DNA from: a virus
Lineage: Duplodnaviria > Caudoviricetes
Length of the DNA stretch: 64,000 bases
Virus record (IMG/VR): IMGVR_UViG_3300042896_000343
Location: 363-64,362 of that record
Direction: 5' to 3' (one strand)
Positions 27,801 through 36,297 of the stretch are shown here, in pieces. Both the position numbers and the translations under genes were made by a program. Numbering within the stretch: position 1 is the stretch's first letter; each line of letters begins with the position of its first letter. The notes under the pieces are model-generated. The model was not told where the DNA came from. It saw only the letters and a program-made list of their open reading frames with translations, and did no database searches.

Positions 27801-29444
27801 ACAGTAGTTTCTTATTATGCTTCTTTAAAAGTTTTAAATGAAAATCAATGGGGACAAATTTATTCTTATAATAGTGTTGATACAGGATATCAAGTTATGT
27901 TTGATGCTCCTGTAATTAATGAAACAATTTTTGGAGGAGATACTTTTATAAGTAGATTTACGTTTAAAACTAAGCTTCCTTTTTTTATAGATAATAGAGT
28001 AAATGCTCCAGATGATAGTGATATTTTTTATGATGAAATTGGTAATGTAGGTTATCCTAAATTTTGGCATTCTGCTAGATCAATTTTAAAAAGTTATGTT
28101 GCTGAAGAAATAGGGACTATGTCTAATATTATTTCTTATAAAGCACATAATTTTGATTGTCCAAATAGTCAAGGGTTAGCAACACCTACATCTGATCCAG
28201 ACACTAATCCAAATAGAACATTTTATGATGGTTATTTTTATTTATTTGCTTATGGTGTTCCTAACTTTTATTGTGAAAGTTCTTATAACACAGATCTTAG
28301 GCAAGCTTTTAATAATAAAGAAGGAGATTTTTGGCCACATGTAAATTCTAGTATTCCAGATGATTGGGTACAAGAAAGTAATGTTTCTATAGTTAATGAT
28401 AATACTTATAATTACAATGTAACGTATTCAAAACAAAATAAAGAAAACACTTTTACATTTTTACCTCCTGATTGGGAAGATAAATTATGTTTTACTAATT
28501 ATCCTTTTAGAGCTGTATACTCTGATTTACAAAGTACAGACTCAGACAATAGAGTAAATAATTGGTTAATATATAGAGCTATATCTTATTTTGATTTTCC
28601 TCAAAATTATGGTAAGTTAATTTCTTTAGATGGTATTCAAAATAGAGCAATATTAGCTAGATTTGAAAACAAAACATTATTGTATAATAACTTATTAACA
28701 TTAGATACAAGTAATCCGCAAGCAGCTTATTTAGGTAATCCTAGATTATTTGAAGGTGCTCCTCCTATTGATTTTGCTGAAACAGATCTTGGGTATGTAG
28801 GGACTCAACATAAATTATTATTAAAAATTCCACAAGGACAAATAACTGTTGATGCTAAAAGAGGACAAGTTTTTCTTATATCAGGGACAGAAGCTGTAGA
28901 TTTAACTGCATTTGGGTCTGGAATGAATAGATTCTTTACAGATCATTTGGCTTTTAAAATATTAAAATATTTTCCTAATGTTAATATTGATAACAATTTT
29001 ACAGGAGTAGGTTTACATGGAGTATTTGATAGTAAGTATGATAGAATTATTATTACTAAATTAGATTATATTCCTTTAAATAATAACATTATTTATGATG
29101 AAAGTTTAAAACAATTTTTTTTATTAGAAAAAATTAATGACATTACTATAAGAAATAGAGTTTATTTAACAGATACTACTTATTTTTGCAACAAATCATG
29201 GACATTATCTTTTAATTTTAATACTAAAAGTTGGGTTTCTTTTCATAGTTATTTACCTAATTGGTATATAGGAGAAAACAATTTTTTTTATTCTGGAAAA
29301 AATGATTGTTGTGAAGATATTGAATTTGTTGTTAGTGAAAATATACCAACACCAATTACTACTACCACAACAACAACAATTGCAATTACAAATAATCTTT
29401 GTGTAAATTTTACTGTAAATACAACTACTACTATTTTACCATAA
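24843..29444 (+). CDS. tail stabilisation/muzzle protein, main part
   Basis: 1533 aa, beta-propeller-like; GLNLD...YALNA start, RDEVY, GGDTFISR, WTLSF...WVSFHSYLP; ends in poly-Thr. Confidence 0.8.
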   Translation: MAEQEEGNIKQNYNNATVGLNLDQSLNQIKKGTLTYALNAAVENFDANSVNYQNEPGNEFCVSFPEGYVLIGNYFINELNKHIFWLTNPNDGGNQIGYMDNNDCVYKVLVNAPCLNFDINFPIHKAVHRITNCTTEIYWADGKNSRRYLDINDIPKILNSGSPLCSPVYSDDVDCNQLNIQPDFDIPQLKVKEIVSGGDLTAGTVQFAVQYSDASANPYTSYYSITNPTPIADNKLTTVNFNYSVGKSVNVEISNLDLSGQFQYFNLAVIKTVNNISSVELIGTYFIDKEIKNVTYTGQNKENIRLTINDIFEKYPYYDVASDVTAVQDILVWSNLTTAERINYQQIVNKITLGWETHRIPADENYSDELNATNLRGFLRDEVYALEAVFLLTKGRQTDKFHVPGRAKNSNENLQPDVLNTNPDFIGNGITAPYWKIYNTASVTGYSPEYSGALNYKGPYQYGEFAYWESLEEYPCTENMWGELAGQKIRHHKFPDVLVSPIQESRLFTSESSMVMGNDAVFPIGIKIDIQQIKSLIGSSNLTAEQKKEIVGIKIVRGDRGTNKSIIGKGILRNVNKYERENQTFYFPNYPYNDLNQDPFLNETNNAFSQICEPFIVNVLKFNLPVENPTYLEVQYNDCNTNKTAFQKFTTLGEHKLCSIGVPTIQGSGVKNEMTQTSGGPVPNSGIVGYVSYANYDVWAVTRDGNQGLRVGWDDVIEGSNSEQWIDGVFGGSQSNFRLFTKVNTVPVQIEGPGDLVKTLISEVRDTSCSTENPLTPIKNDPELAYRQVFNSPETSFGQPFLGDILKLESVIFGKGSAHFVEVKKNAKYKLLTEEAQRDALLSSEKLGNYTTVFDATAMFTAYQAYLTIYINGITRKNYAYLFNSIADYNYSVGVPNDLGVKQRNLDISRYLIPGVQSVGENNININNYNRESSVYLRTDLDKPSLPFPNQSPNMLLGSTSIVTDKSRFIISEKGNCNNPAKEEDITVVSYYASLKVLNENQWGQIYSYNSVDTGYQVMFDAPVINETIFGGDTFISRFTFKTKLPFFIDNRVNAPDDSDIFYDEIGNVGYPKFWHSARSILKSYVAEEIGTMSNIISYKAHNFDCPNSQGLATPTSDPDTNPNRTFYDGYFYLFAYGVPNFYCESSYNTDLRQAFNNKEGDFWPHVNSSIPDDWVQESNVSIVNDNTYNYNVTYSKQNKENTFTFLPPDWEDKLCFTNYPFRAVYSDLQSTDSDNRVNNWLIYRAISYFDFPQNYGKLISLDGIQNRAILARFENKTLLYNNLLTLDTSNPQAAYLGNPRLFEGAPPIDFAETDLGYVGTQHKLLLKIPQGQITVDAKRGQVFLISGTEAVDLTAFGSGMNRFFTDHLAFKILKYFPNVNIDNNFTGVGLHGVFDSKYDRIIITKLDYIPLNNNIIYDESLKQFFLLEKINDITIRNRVYLTDTTYFCNKSWTLSFNFNTKSWVSFHSYLPNWYIGENNFFYSGKNDCCEDIEFVVSENIPTPITTTTTTTIAITNNLCVNFTVNTTTTILP

Positions 29445-29456
29445 ATAACAATATAA

Positions 29457-30794
29457 ATGCAAATAAGTTTTACATATAATTATTACTATAATAGTAAACC
29501 ATCTTGGATAGGAACATTAGATTCTAGTGTTTGTATACTAAGATGGAATATTGTAGGGTATTGGGAAATATTAGGATGGCCAGTTGAATATGGTCTAGAC
29601 CCTAGAAACTATACAGACACTTTAATTCCTAATGAAACGGATTGGGTTCTTTATGGTTCCCCTAGTATTGTATTTACAGAATTTAATTTAAATTTAGGAA
29701 GTTGTCCAATTAATCCAGTTGTATATGATTGTACATTAGCTGGTAATATTATTTTAACAGCATGTGTTCTAGAAGGAAATGCAATTATTACAGAAAACCC
29801 TTTACCACCTTGTACAAGACCTCCTGGTTTAAATACATTTAATTTAATAACAGGTTATTCTATTATATCTCCTTCTAGTACAATAATTTCTACAACATCT
29901 GCAATTACTGCTTGTGATGCTATTAATTATTTATTAGGATTAGTTACTTTTGATAATGTTATTATTAATAATTTATCTGTTAATGCTTCAAGTATTACAT
30001 TAGGGCAAATTCTTTATATTAATAATTTTACTAATGATTGTAGTTTAGTTCCAAATGGTTTTTATTTTACAGGAGAAAGTATTGAAATAAGAACAATATA
30101 TCAAATTGATAATGGTGTTATTATAGATATTATAGTTTGTCCTGGAGTTACAACTACAACTACTTCTACAAGTAATACCACAACTACTACTTCTTCTACT
30201 AGTACAACAACATCTACATCTACATCTACATCTACTTCAACTACAACCACAACAACAAGTTTACCAGATTGTACACTTGAAGGAAATGGAGAAGTTATTT
30301 ATACTCCTTTAATAGAGTGTAGTGAAACAACAAGTTCAGGAGGAGAAGGTATTACTGAATACACTATTCCTTTAGACTCAGTTGGAGGAACAATAATTAT
30401 GCAATTAGATGCTTTTTCTTTTCCAGACAAACTAGAAATACTACACAATGGTATCAAAAAAGCTACATCAGGAATGACTGTTCCTAATGAAGGCCCTTTT
30501 GATGATGTATATGGAAATACTGTTGTTCCAACCTATTCACAAACTATGGGTATAGATCAATTTATAGGACTAGATAAAGGAGCTATACCTAATAGAAATT
30601 CTACATTTATATCTGAAACAGGTATTACAGATATTATTGTTACAATGCAACAATTAATTTGGTGGACTTACACTACAACTGATTATAATAATTCAAATGT
30701 AGTTATTGTAAGAGTTACTGGACCATCTGGAACAGTTTGGAATATAAAAAGATCATGTATAACTACAACAACAACAACAACTGTATTACCATAA
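29457..30794 (+). CDS. Thr/Ser/Cys-rich virion module, in frame with the muzzle gene
   Basis: About 37-residue T/S tract, repeated DCTLxGN motif, a C-terminal beta-sandwich and a CITTTTTTTVLP end. Confidence 0.75.
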   Translation: MQISFTYNYYYNSKPSWIGTLDSSVCILRWNIVGYWEILGWPVEYGLDPRNYTDTLIPNETDWVLYGSPSIVFTEFNLNLGSCPINPVVYDCTLAGNIILTACVLEGNAIITENPLPPCTRPPGLNTFNLITGYSIISPSSTIISTTSAITACDAINYLLGLVTFDNVIINNLSVNASSITLGQILYINNFTNDCSLVPNGFYFTGESIEIRTIYQIDNGVIIDIIVCPGVTTTTTSTSNTTTTTSSTSTTTSTSTSTSTSTTTTTTSLPDCTLEGNGEVIYTPLIECSETTSSGGEGITEYTIPLDSVGGTIIMQLDAFSFPDKLEILHNGIKKATSGMTVPNEGPFDDVYGNTVVPTYSQTMGIDQFIGLDKGAIPNRNSTFISETGITDIIVTMQQLIWWTYTTTDYNNSNVVIVRVTGPSGTVWNIKRSCITTTTTTTVLP

Positions 30795-30797
30795 ATT

Positions 30798-31664
30798 ATG
30801 TCAAAAACCTTATCCATAAAGTTACTTAAAGCTAGTATTACAACTGGTCCATTTGTTATAATGGATCAGTTTAAAAATATTATAGATAATAATGTTTCTA
30901 AAGAACAATTAAAATTAGGAGTTAGTTATGTTGTTGATGACAGTGTAATGTTTCTTACATTAAAATCTTTAGGAAAATGCTCAGTAGAAAAAACTAATAG
31001 TATAGTTGTTTTAAATAATTTAGAATTTTTTAATCTTAATTTTATACAAAGTTCTACATCTTGTTTGTGGAGACATTTAGAAAATGTTAAAAACTATAAT
31101 TATTTTTATAATAACATAGAACCATATATTATAGAATATCCTTTTGCATATACGTATCAAGATCAATTATTACAGAATGTTAAAGACTATACTAAAGCTT
31201 ATACTTATTTACCTTTAGGTAATGATACATTTGATTATAACACTAGAATAGAAACAAATACAGAATGGTTTAATGAAGCTATTTTATATAATGGACAACA
31301 ATCATCAGGATTATTAAAACTGGTCTCTAAACCATTAAATAACATGAAAGAGTATATGTCCTATCCTAAATATAATTCAGATAGTAAAACTATTATATAT
31401 ACAAAAAGTGATAACTTTTATCAATACAATACATTTTGGTCTATAAGTAAAAATTCTCAATTACCATTATTTAATACTACTTGTGAGTCTTTATCAATTG
31501 ATAAAGTGGTTAATAATAGTAATATGGATTATAGTCTTAAAAGTTTTAAGAAAGCTACACTAAGAGCAAAAGAATTAAAAGTGAGACATATACTTAATAA
31601 TAGTTCTACTGTTCATCTAATAAGCCAATTTATTTTAACGCCTACACAAACAAGTTATAAATAA
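30798..31664 (+). CDS. probable C-terminal part of the muzzle protein, fused to a small N-terminal module
   Basis: LWRH...YNYFY...PYIIEYPF...FNEAILYNGQQSSGLL pattern; same reading frame as 24843 and 29457. Confidence 0.6.
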   Translation: MSKTLSIKLLKASITTGPFVIMDQFKNIIDNNVSKEQLKLGVSYVVDDSVMFLTLKSLGKCSVEKTNSIVVLNNLEFFNLNFIQSSTSCLWRHLENVKNYNYFYNNIEPYIIEYPFAYTYQDQLLQNVKDYTKAYTYLPLGNDTFDYNTRIETNTEWFNEAILYNGQQSSGLLKLVSKPLNNMKEYMSYPKYNSDSKTIIYTKSDNFYQYNTFWSISKNSQLPLFNTTCESLSIDKVVNNSNMDYSLKSFKKATLRAKELKVRHILNNSSTVHLISQFILTPTQTSYK

Positions 31665-32200
31665 TGAGTAATAGTAAAGTTAATTGTACTTGTGGTTGGT
31701 CATGGAACAAATCTGATTCTAGTAAGAAAGATATGTATATATGTCATGAATGTGGTAAAGACAATAGTAACAACATGAAAAATGGTGGTTGGTTAGATAA
31801 CTACAATGATTCAGAAATTTCAGCTCCTGAAGGATATGTAGGAGAAGGTACTTCTAATAAAGGAAGAAACTATTCTCCTGCATGGGGAGGACAATTTAAA
31901 AATGGAGGAATAACTAAAGATGATAATGGTTATTGGAATCCTGATAATTGGGGTAAACCTGTTGAAATAGGAAGTAATGATATAACAATGGAAGGTGTAG
32001 ATCAAGATCTTATTGGAATTTCTGATGAAGGAGATGTACAATATATGACTCCTGGAAACAATTATAAGTTTAAAGGAAAAAAAGTAACTGAGTTTCCTGT
32101 ATCAAAAGAAGGTAGTGAATTAAAAAAATTAGATCAATTAACTAATTTTAGTAATTATAATACTAAACAATCTGGGGGATGGTTAGACAAATTTAATTAA
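31664..32200 (+). CDS. small cargo-like protein with Zn ribbon and xxGG repeats
   Basis: CTCG...CHEC; KNGGWLD, KNGG and SGGWLD repeats; ITMEGV...MTPG..Y.F.G..V.EFP module. Confidence 0.65.
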   Translation: MSNSKVNCTCGWSWNKSDSSKKDMYICHECGKDNSNNMKNGGWLDNYNDSEISAPEGYVGEGTSNKGRNYSPAWGGQFKNGGITKDDNGYWNPDNWGKPVEIGSNDITMEGVDQDLIGISDEGDVQYMTPGNNYKFKGKKVTEFPVSKEGSELKKLDQLTNFSNYNTKQSGGWLDKFN

Positions 32201-32206
32201 AAGTGT

Positions 32207-32214
32207 TATATTTG
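32207..32214 (+). promoter_or_regulatory. -7 promoter element upstream of the HNH gene
   Basis: TATATTTG matches TAnnTTTG; intergenic. Confidence 0.5.
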
Positions 32215-32393
32215 TAACAATTATTTTATAACTAACTAATTTATAAGAAGTTATAATAACCGACAACAAACGACTACAAATAATTAAATGAATAATTATT
32301 AAAAAAATTTTTAGGAACTTTGAGTCGAGAAGTAACTCTCATAAACTTCCTTATTTGTTTAGAAGCGGAAGTAACTAAAAAATAAAAACTATT

Positions 32394-33035
32394 ATGAAAT
32401 TAAAAGTTTGTAAATTGTGTAATAAAGAGTTATCAATAGATAACTTTTGGAAAAGTTTAAATTTAAAAGATAAAGTATTTAGTACATGTAAAATTTGTAC
32501 AACTAAAGTAAAAGATATAAATATTTTAAAAAAACAAAAATATTTACAAGATAATTTATGGACTTGTTCAACTTGTCATATTACATTATTATTAAATAAA
32601 GAAAACTTTTATAAAAGAAATGATTCTAGTACAGGATTTCAACATAGATGTAAAAAGTGTTTAAAAAAAGATCCTACTAGATATAATAGATTAATAAAAA
32701 AAGACGACTTAGATCTTTTTCTTAAAGATGTTTATTATGGTGCAAAACATAGATCAATTAAAAGAAATATAAAATTTGAATTAACTCTAGAATATTTAAA
32801 AAATTTATGGAATAATCAAAATGGATTATGTGCAATATCAAAACTTAAAATGACACATACTATACTAGAAGGAAAATTAAAAACTAATTTAAGTATAGAC
32901 AAAATAAACCCGACACTGGGATACACAAAAGATAATATTCAATTAGTTTGTAACATTATTAATGTTATGAAAAGCAATATGTCAATAAAAGATTTAATAT
33001 ATTTTTGTAAACTAATAATTCAAGAAAATGAATAA
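32394..33035 (+). mobile_element. free-standing HNH-family homing endonuclease with two Zn fingers
   Basis: Two CxxC..CxxC fingers, then LW..Q.GLCAISK...SIDKINPTLGYTKDNIQLVC...NVMK; overlaps the start of the next gene. Confidence 0.8.
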
Positions 33036-36000
33036 AGATTTAATTTTAAAAATAGCAAAAACAAAAAACCTTCAAGACTTTTACAAAAAATTTCCTTCTC
33101 AAGAGGTCTTTATGAAAGCTCATGGTAAAGAGTTTAAAAAAGCTCAAATGGGTATTAGTATGCAAGGAGTTGATAGTGGGTTAGGAACCTACAATAAAAT
33201 ATCAAGACCACCTATTAATCAAGAAATGGATGCTAACATTCCTTCACATATTAATAATCCTAATTTTGGTGCTAAACAACAAAAACAATATGATGCTTAT
33301 AAATCTAATCAACAATTACAAGTAATTGGGGATGAAGAAACTAGTTATGATGACAGTAGTAATAATACTGAAAAAATGTTAAATCAAGGATTAGGTATAG
33401 CAACAGATCTTGCTTCTGGATTTAGTCAACTTAAAGGAGAAAAACAAAAATTAAAAAAAGCTAGACAATGGGAAGGAGTTACAGATATTCAAAAACAAGC
33501 TGCAGCTACTAGACCTGAACAATCAGAACGTAAATATGCAAGACCAGAAGATAGAACAACTACAGGAGAAGAATTATTTCCTATTTATGGAACAGGTACA
33601 AATGTATTAGCTAAAAATGGAACAAGTATTTCTAATAATGATGATGATTATGAAGAAATATTAGATGTTTATTATGAAGGTGGAGAAATTCAAAATACTT
33701 ATGCACCTAATAATTTATATAATGATCTTGGTTATGAACCATTAGGAGAAAGTATACCTAAAGCTCAAAATGGATTTAGTTCATTTATTACTGGACAAGG
33801 TGGAGATAAACTTAGCAGTATGGCTGGAAATATAATGGGTAATGATGCAGGATCCAATATAGGAGGAACTGTAGGAAAAACAGCAGGTACATTATTAGGG
33901 GGTCCTTTAGGAGGAGCTATAGGTGAAATAGGAGGAAAACTTATTGGTGGAGCATTAGATAGAAATGATAATAAAATTAAAAAAGCTGAAGATGCTACTA
34001 ATAGAAATATGGCTTCTATAGCTTCTGGAGAATTTGGTAGAGGGCTACAAAACCAAAATAATTCTTTTTTAAAAAATGGAGGATATGTAAATTTAGATGA
34101 TACAGACACTTTTAGATCTGGAGGAAATCTTAGAAGAAATAATCAATATGCTTTAGGAGGAGAGTTACAAACACATTGGGGTGGAGGACATGAAACTCTT
34201 TCTTATAATAAACATTTACCTGATGGGGGAGAAACTATTATGTTTAGAGGACAATCTCATGAAGAAAGTGATAACAAAGGAAATACAGGAATAGGTATTA
34301 CATATGGTGATAATCCTGTTGAAGTTGAAAGAGGAGAACCTGCTGTTAAGTTAAAAAATGGTAGTACAGGAGAAGATAATTTAATTGTTTACGGTAATTT
34401 ACAAATTCCTAAATATGGAGAAGCTATGTTAAATGATCCTAAAGCTTCTGGAAAAAAATTTAAAAACTATGTAGCTGATCTTTCTAAAACAGAAACTAGT
34501 CAAAATAAACTTGCTGAAAAAACTACTAATGAAGTAAATGATCTAAAGGTTGTTGATTCTTTTGATAAATTAAAATTAACTTCTTTAAATGCAAATTTAC
34601 AAGGAGCTAATATGAAATTAAAATCTATTGCAGATAAAAAAATAAAAGCTGCTACATTACAAAATGCAATAAATGAAACAGCACAAGAACAAGGACTTAT
34701 AGCAGATGATCTTGCTAAAGGTAATATTGTTAAAGATAAAAAAGCTATGAAAACAAATGCTAAATTTGGTGGTGAATTTGAAAAAGCTCAAGATGGTACT
34801 ACTAAATCAAGAAGTAATTATGAAAAAATGATTGAAGCTTCTGCACAAAAATATGGTGTAGATGCTGGTCATATAAAAAACATAGTTAATTTAGAAAGTG
34901 GATTTAATCCTTCTGCTACTTCTAATATGGGAGCACAAGGTATAATGCAGTTTAATCCTTCTACTGCCAAACAATATGGGGTTGATAAAATATTAAAATC
35001 AACTAAACCTGAAGACATCCAAAAAGTAATTGATGCAGGGGTTAAACACTTTGGTAAATTATTAAAAGATAATAATAACGATTACTCTTTAGCATCAGCA
35101 GCATATAATGGTGGACAAGGTTCTGTAAATTATGTTAAAAAACAATTAGACAATAAAAATATTACAGGAGAAGATTGGATTAACTTTATGGAAAAAAGAA
35201 ATAAAACTAATCCTACTAGTAAAAAACATGCTTGGCAAAAAGAAACTCTTGATTATGTAAAACATTTACAAACTCCAGATAAAGTAGAAAGTATAGCACC
35301 AGAATTTAGAAAAGCTTATTATGATCCAGACTCTCCAGTTGTCTCTGAAGAAGTAAAACAAGCAGAATTATATACACCAAAAGACTCTTCTTCTGTTACT
35401 CCTATACCATCAATAGCAACAAATCCAATACAAGCAACAGAAGAAAAATCTAAATTTAATGGATTAAATACAATTAATTCTTTAATACCATATTTAAGAC
35501 CAAGTGATGCTGAAAGTCTAGATCCAAGACAATTGTCAGGAGAAATGAATGCATTATCTAGTAATCAGTTGGAACCAGTAAAAGCACAACAATATAACCC
35601 ACAACTTGATGTTCCTTATGATATTTCTTTACAAGAAATTAGAAATGAAAATCAAGCTGATTATAATGCTGCACAAAGAATGTCAGGATATAATCCTGCA
35701 GCATTAGCTGTATTAAATGCTCAAAAATATGCAGCTAATCAAAAGGTTGGTGCTGAAGAATTTAGATTAAATCAAGCTAAAAAAGATCAAGTTTATTCTG
35801 GAAATAGAGCAACCTTAAATGATGCTCAATTAAAAAATTTAGGTATATTAGACCAACAATATGTTAGACAAGAACAAGCTAAATCTAATACTAAAGACAC
35901 TACTCAATTAGCTTTAAATTCTATAGCAAGTAAATATGCTCAAAATTCATTAGAAAATAAAACACTACAAACATATGAAAATCAATATAACTATAGATAT

Positions 36001-36207
36001 GATGATCAAGGTAGGTTAATAAATATGAATCCTTTAGCAAATTATAACATACCTACAGTAGGTAAAACAGCATCTGATCCTACTGATGAATACACTAAAT
36101 CTAAAGCTTTTATAAAAGCATATGAAGATGAACAAAAAAAAACTATTAAATCACAAACTACTCCAAAAAGAAATGGAGCTATAGTAAATGCAATGAAAAG
36201 GCTATAA
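33028..36207 (+). CDS. injected cargo protein with lytic transglycosylase (SLT) domain
   Basis: SAQKYGVD...IVNLESGFNPSATSNMGAQGIMQF...AAYNGG at about 34830-35115; Gly-rich GTLLGGPLGGAIG segment; G.SHE..G....VEVERGE motif. Confidence 0.85.
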   Translation: MNKDLILKIAKTKNLQDFYKKFPSQEVFMKAHGKEFKKAQMGISMQGVDSGLGTYNKISRPPINQEMDANIPSHINNPNFGAKQQKQYDAYKSNQQLQVIGDEETSYDDSSNNTEKMLNQGLGIATDLASGFSQLKGEKQKLKKARQWEGVTDIQKQAAATRPEQSERKYARPEDRTTTGEELFPIYGTGTNVLAKNGTSISNNDDDYEEILDVYYEGGEIQNTYAPNNLYNDLGYEPLGESIPKAQNGFSSFITGQGGDKLSSMAGNIMGNDAGSNIGGTVGKTAGTLLGGPLGGAIGEIGGKLIGGALDRNDNKIKKAEDATNRNMASIASGEFGRGLQNQNNSFLKNGGYVNLDDTDTFRSGGNLRRNNQYALGGELQTHWGGGHETLSYNKHLPDGGETIMFRGQSHEESDNKGNTGIGITYGDNPVEVERGEPAVKLKNGSTGEDNLIVYGNLQIPKYGEAMLNDPKASGKKFKNYVADLSKTETSQNKLAEKTTNEVNDLKVVDSFDKLKLTSLNANLQGANMKLKSIADKKIKAATLQNAINETAQEQGLIADDLAKGNIVKDKKAMKTNAKFGGEFEKAQDGTTKSRSNYEKMIEASAQKYGVDAGHIKNIVNLESGFNPSATSNMGAQGIMQFNPSTAKQYGVDKILKSTKPEDIQKVIDAGVKHFGKLLKDNNNDYSLASAAYNGGQGSVNYVKKQLDNKNITGEDWINFMEKRNKTNPTSKKHAWQKETLDYVKHLQTPDKVESIAPEFRKAYYDPDSPVVSEEVKQAELYTPKDSSSVTPIPSIATNPIQATEEKSKFNGLNTINSLIPYLRPSDAESLDPRQLSGEMNALSSNQLEPVKAQQYNPQLDVPYDISLQEIRNENQADYNAAQRMSGYNPAALAVLNAQKYAANQKVGAEEFRLNQAKKDQVYSGNRATLNDAQLKNLGILDQQYVRQEQAKSNTKDTTQLALNSIASKYAQNSLENKTLQTYENQYNYRYDDQGRLINMNPLANYNIPTVGKTASDPTDEYTKSKAFIKAYEDEQKKTIKSQTTPKRNGAIVNAMKRL

Positions 36208-36247
36208 CTATTTTAGTTATAAAGAATTACTAAATTTTATTATAAGA

Positions 36248-36279
36248 ATTGGATAATATAATTATTCATATTACATTTG
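36248..36279 (+). promoter_or_regulatory. sigmaA-like promoter for the cargo/RNAP operon
   Basis: ATTG-N20-TACATTTG(36272-36279), 18 nt before the ATG at 36298. Confidence 0.6.
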
Positions 36280-36297
36280 TTAAACTAACTACCCATT

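Noticed and set aside
30150-30260. Poly-Thr tracts as DNA microsatellites or contingency loci
   Set aside because: Codons are mixed and in frame; better explained by protein-level selection (see findings).
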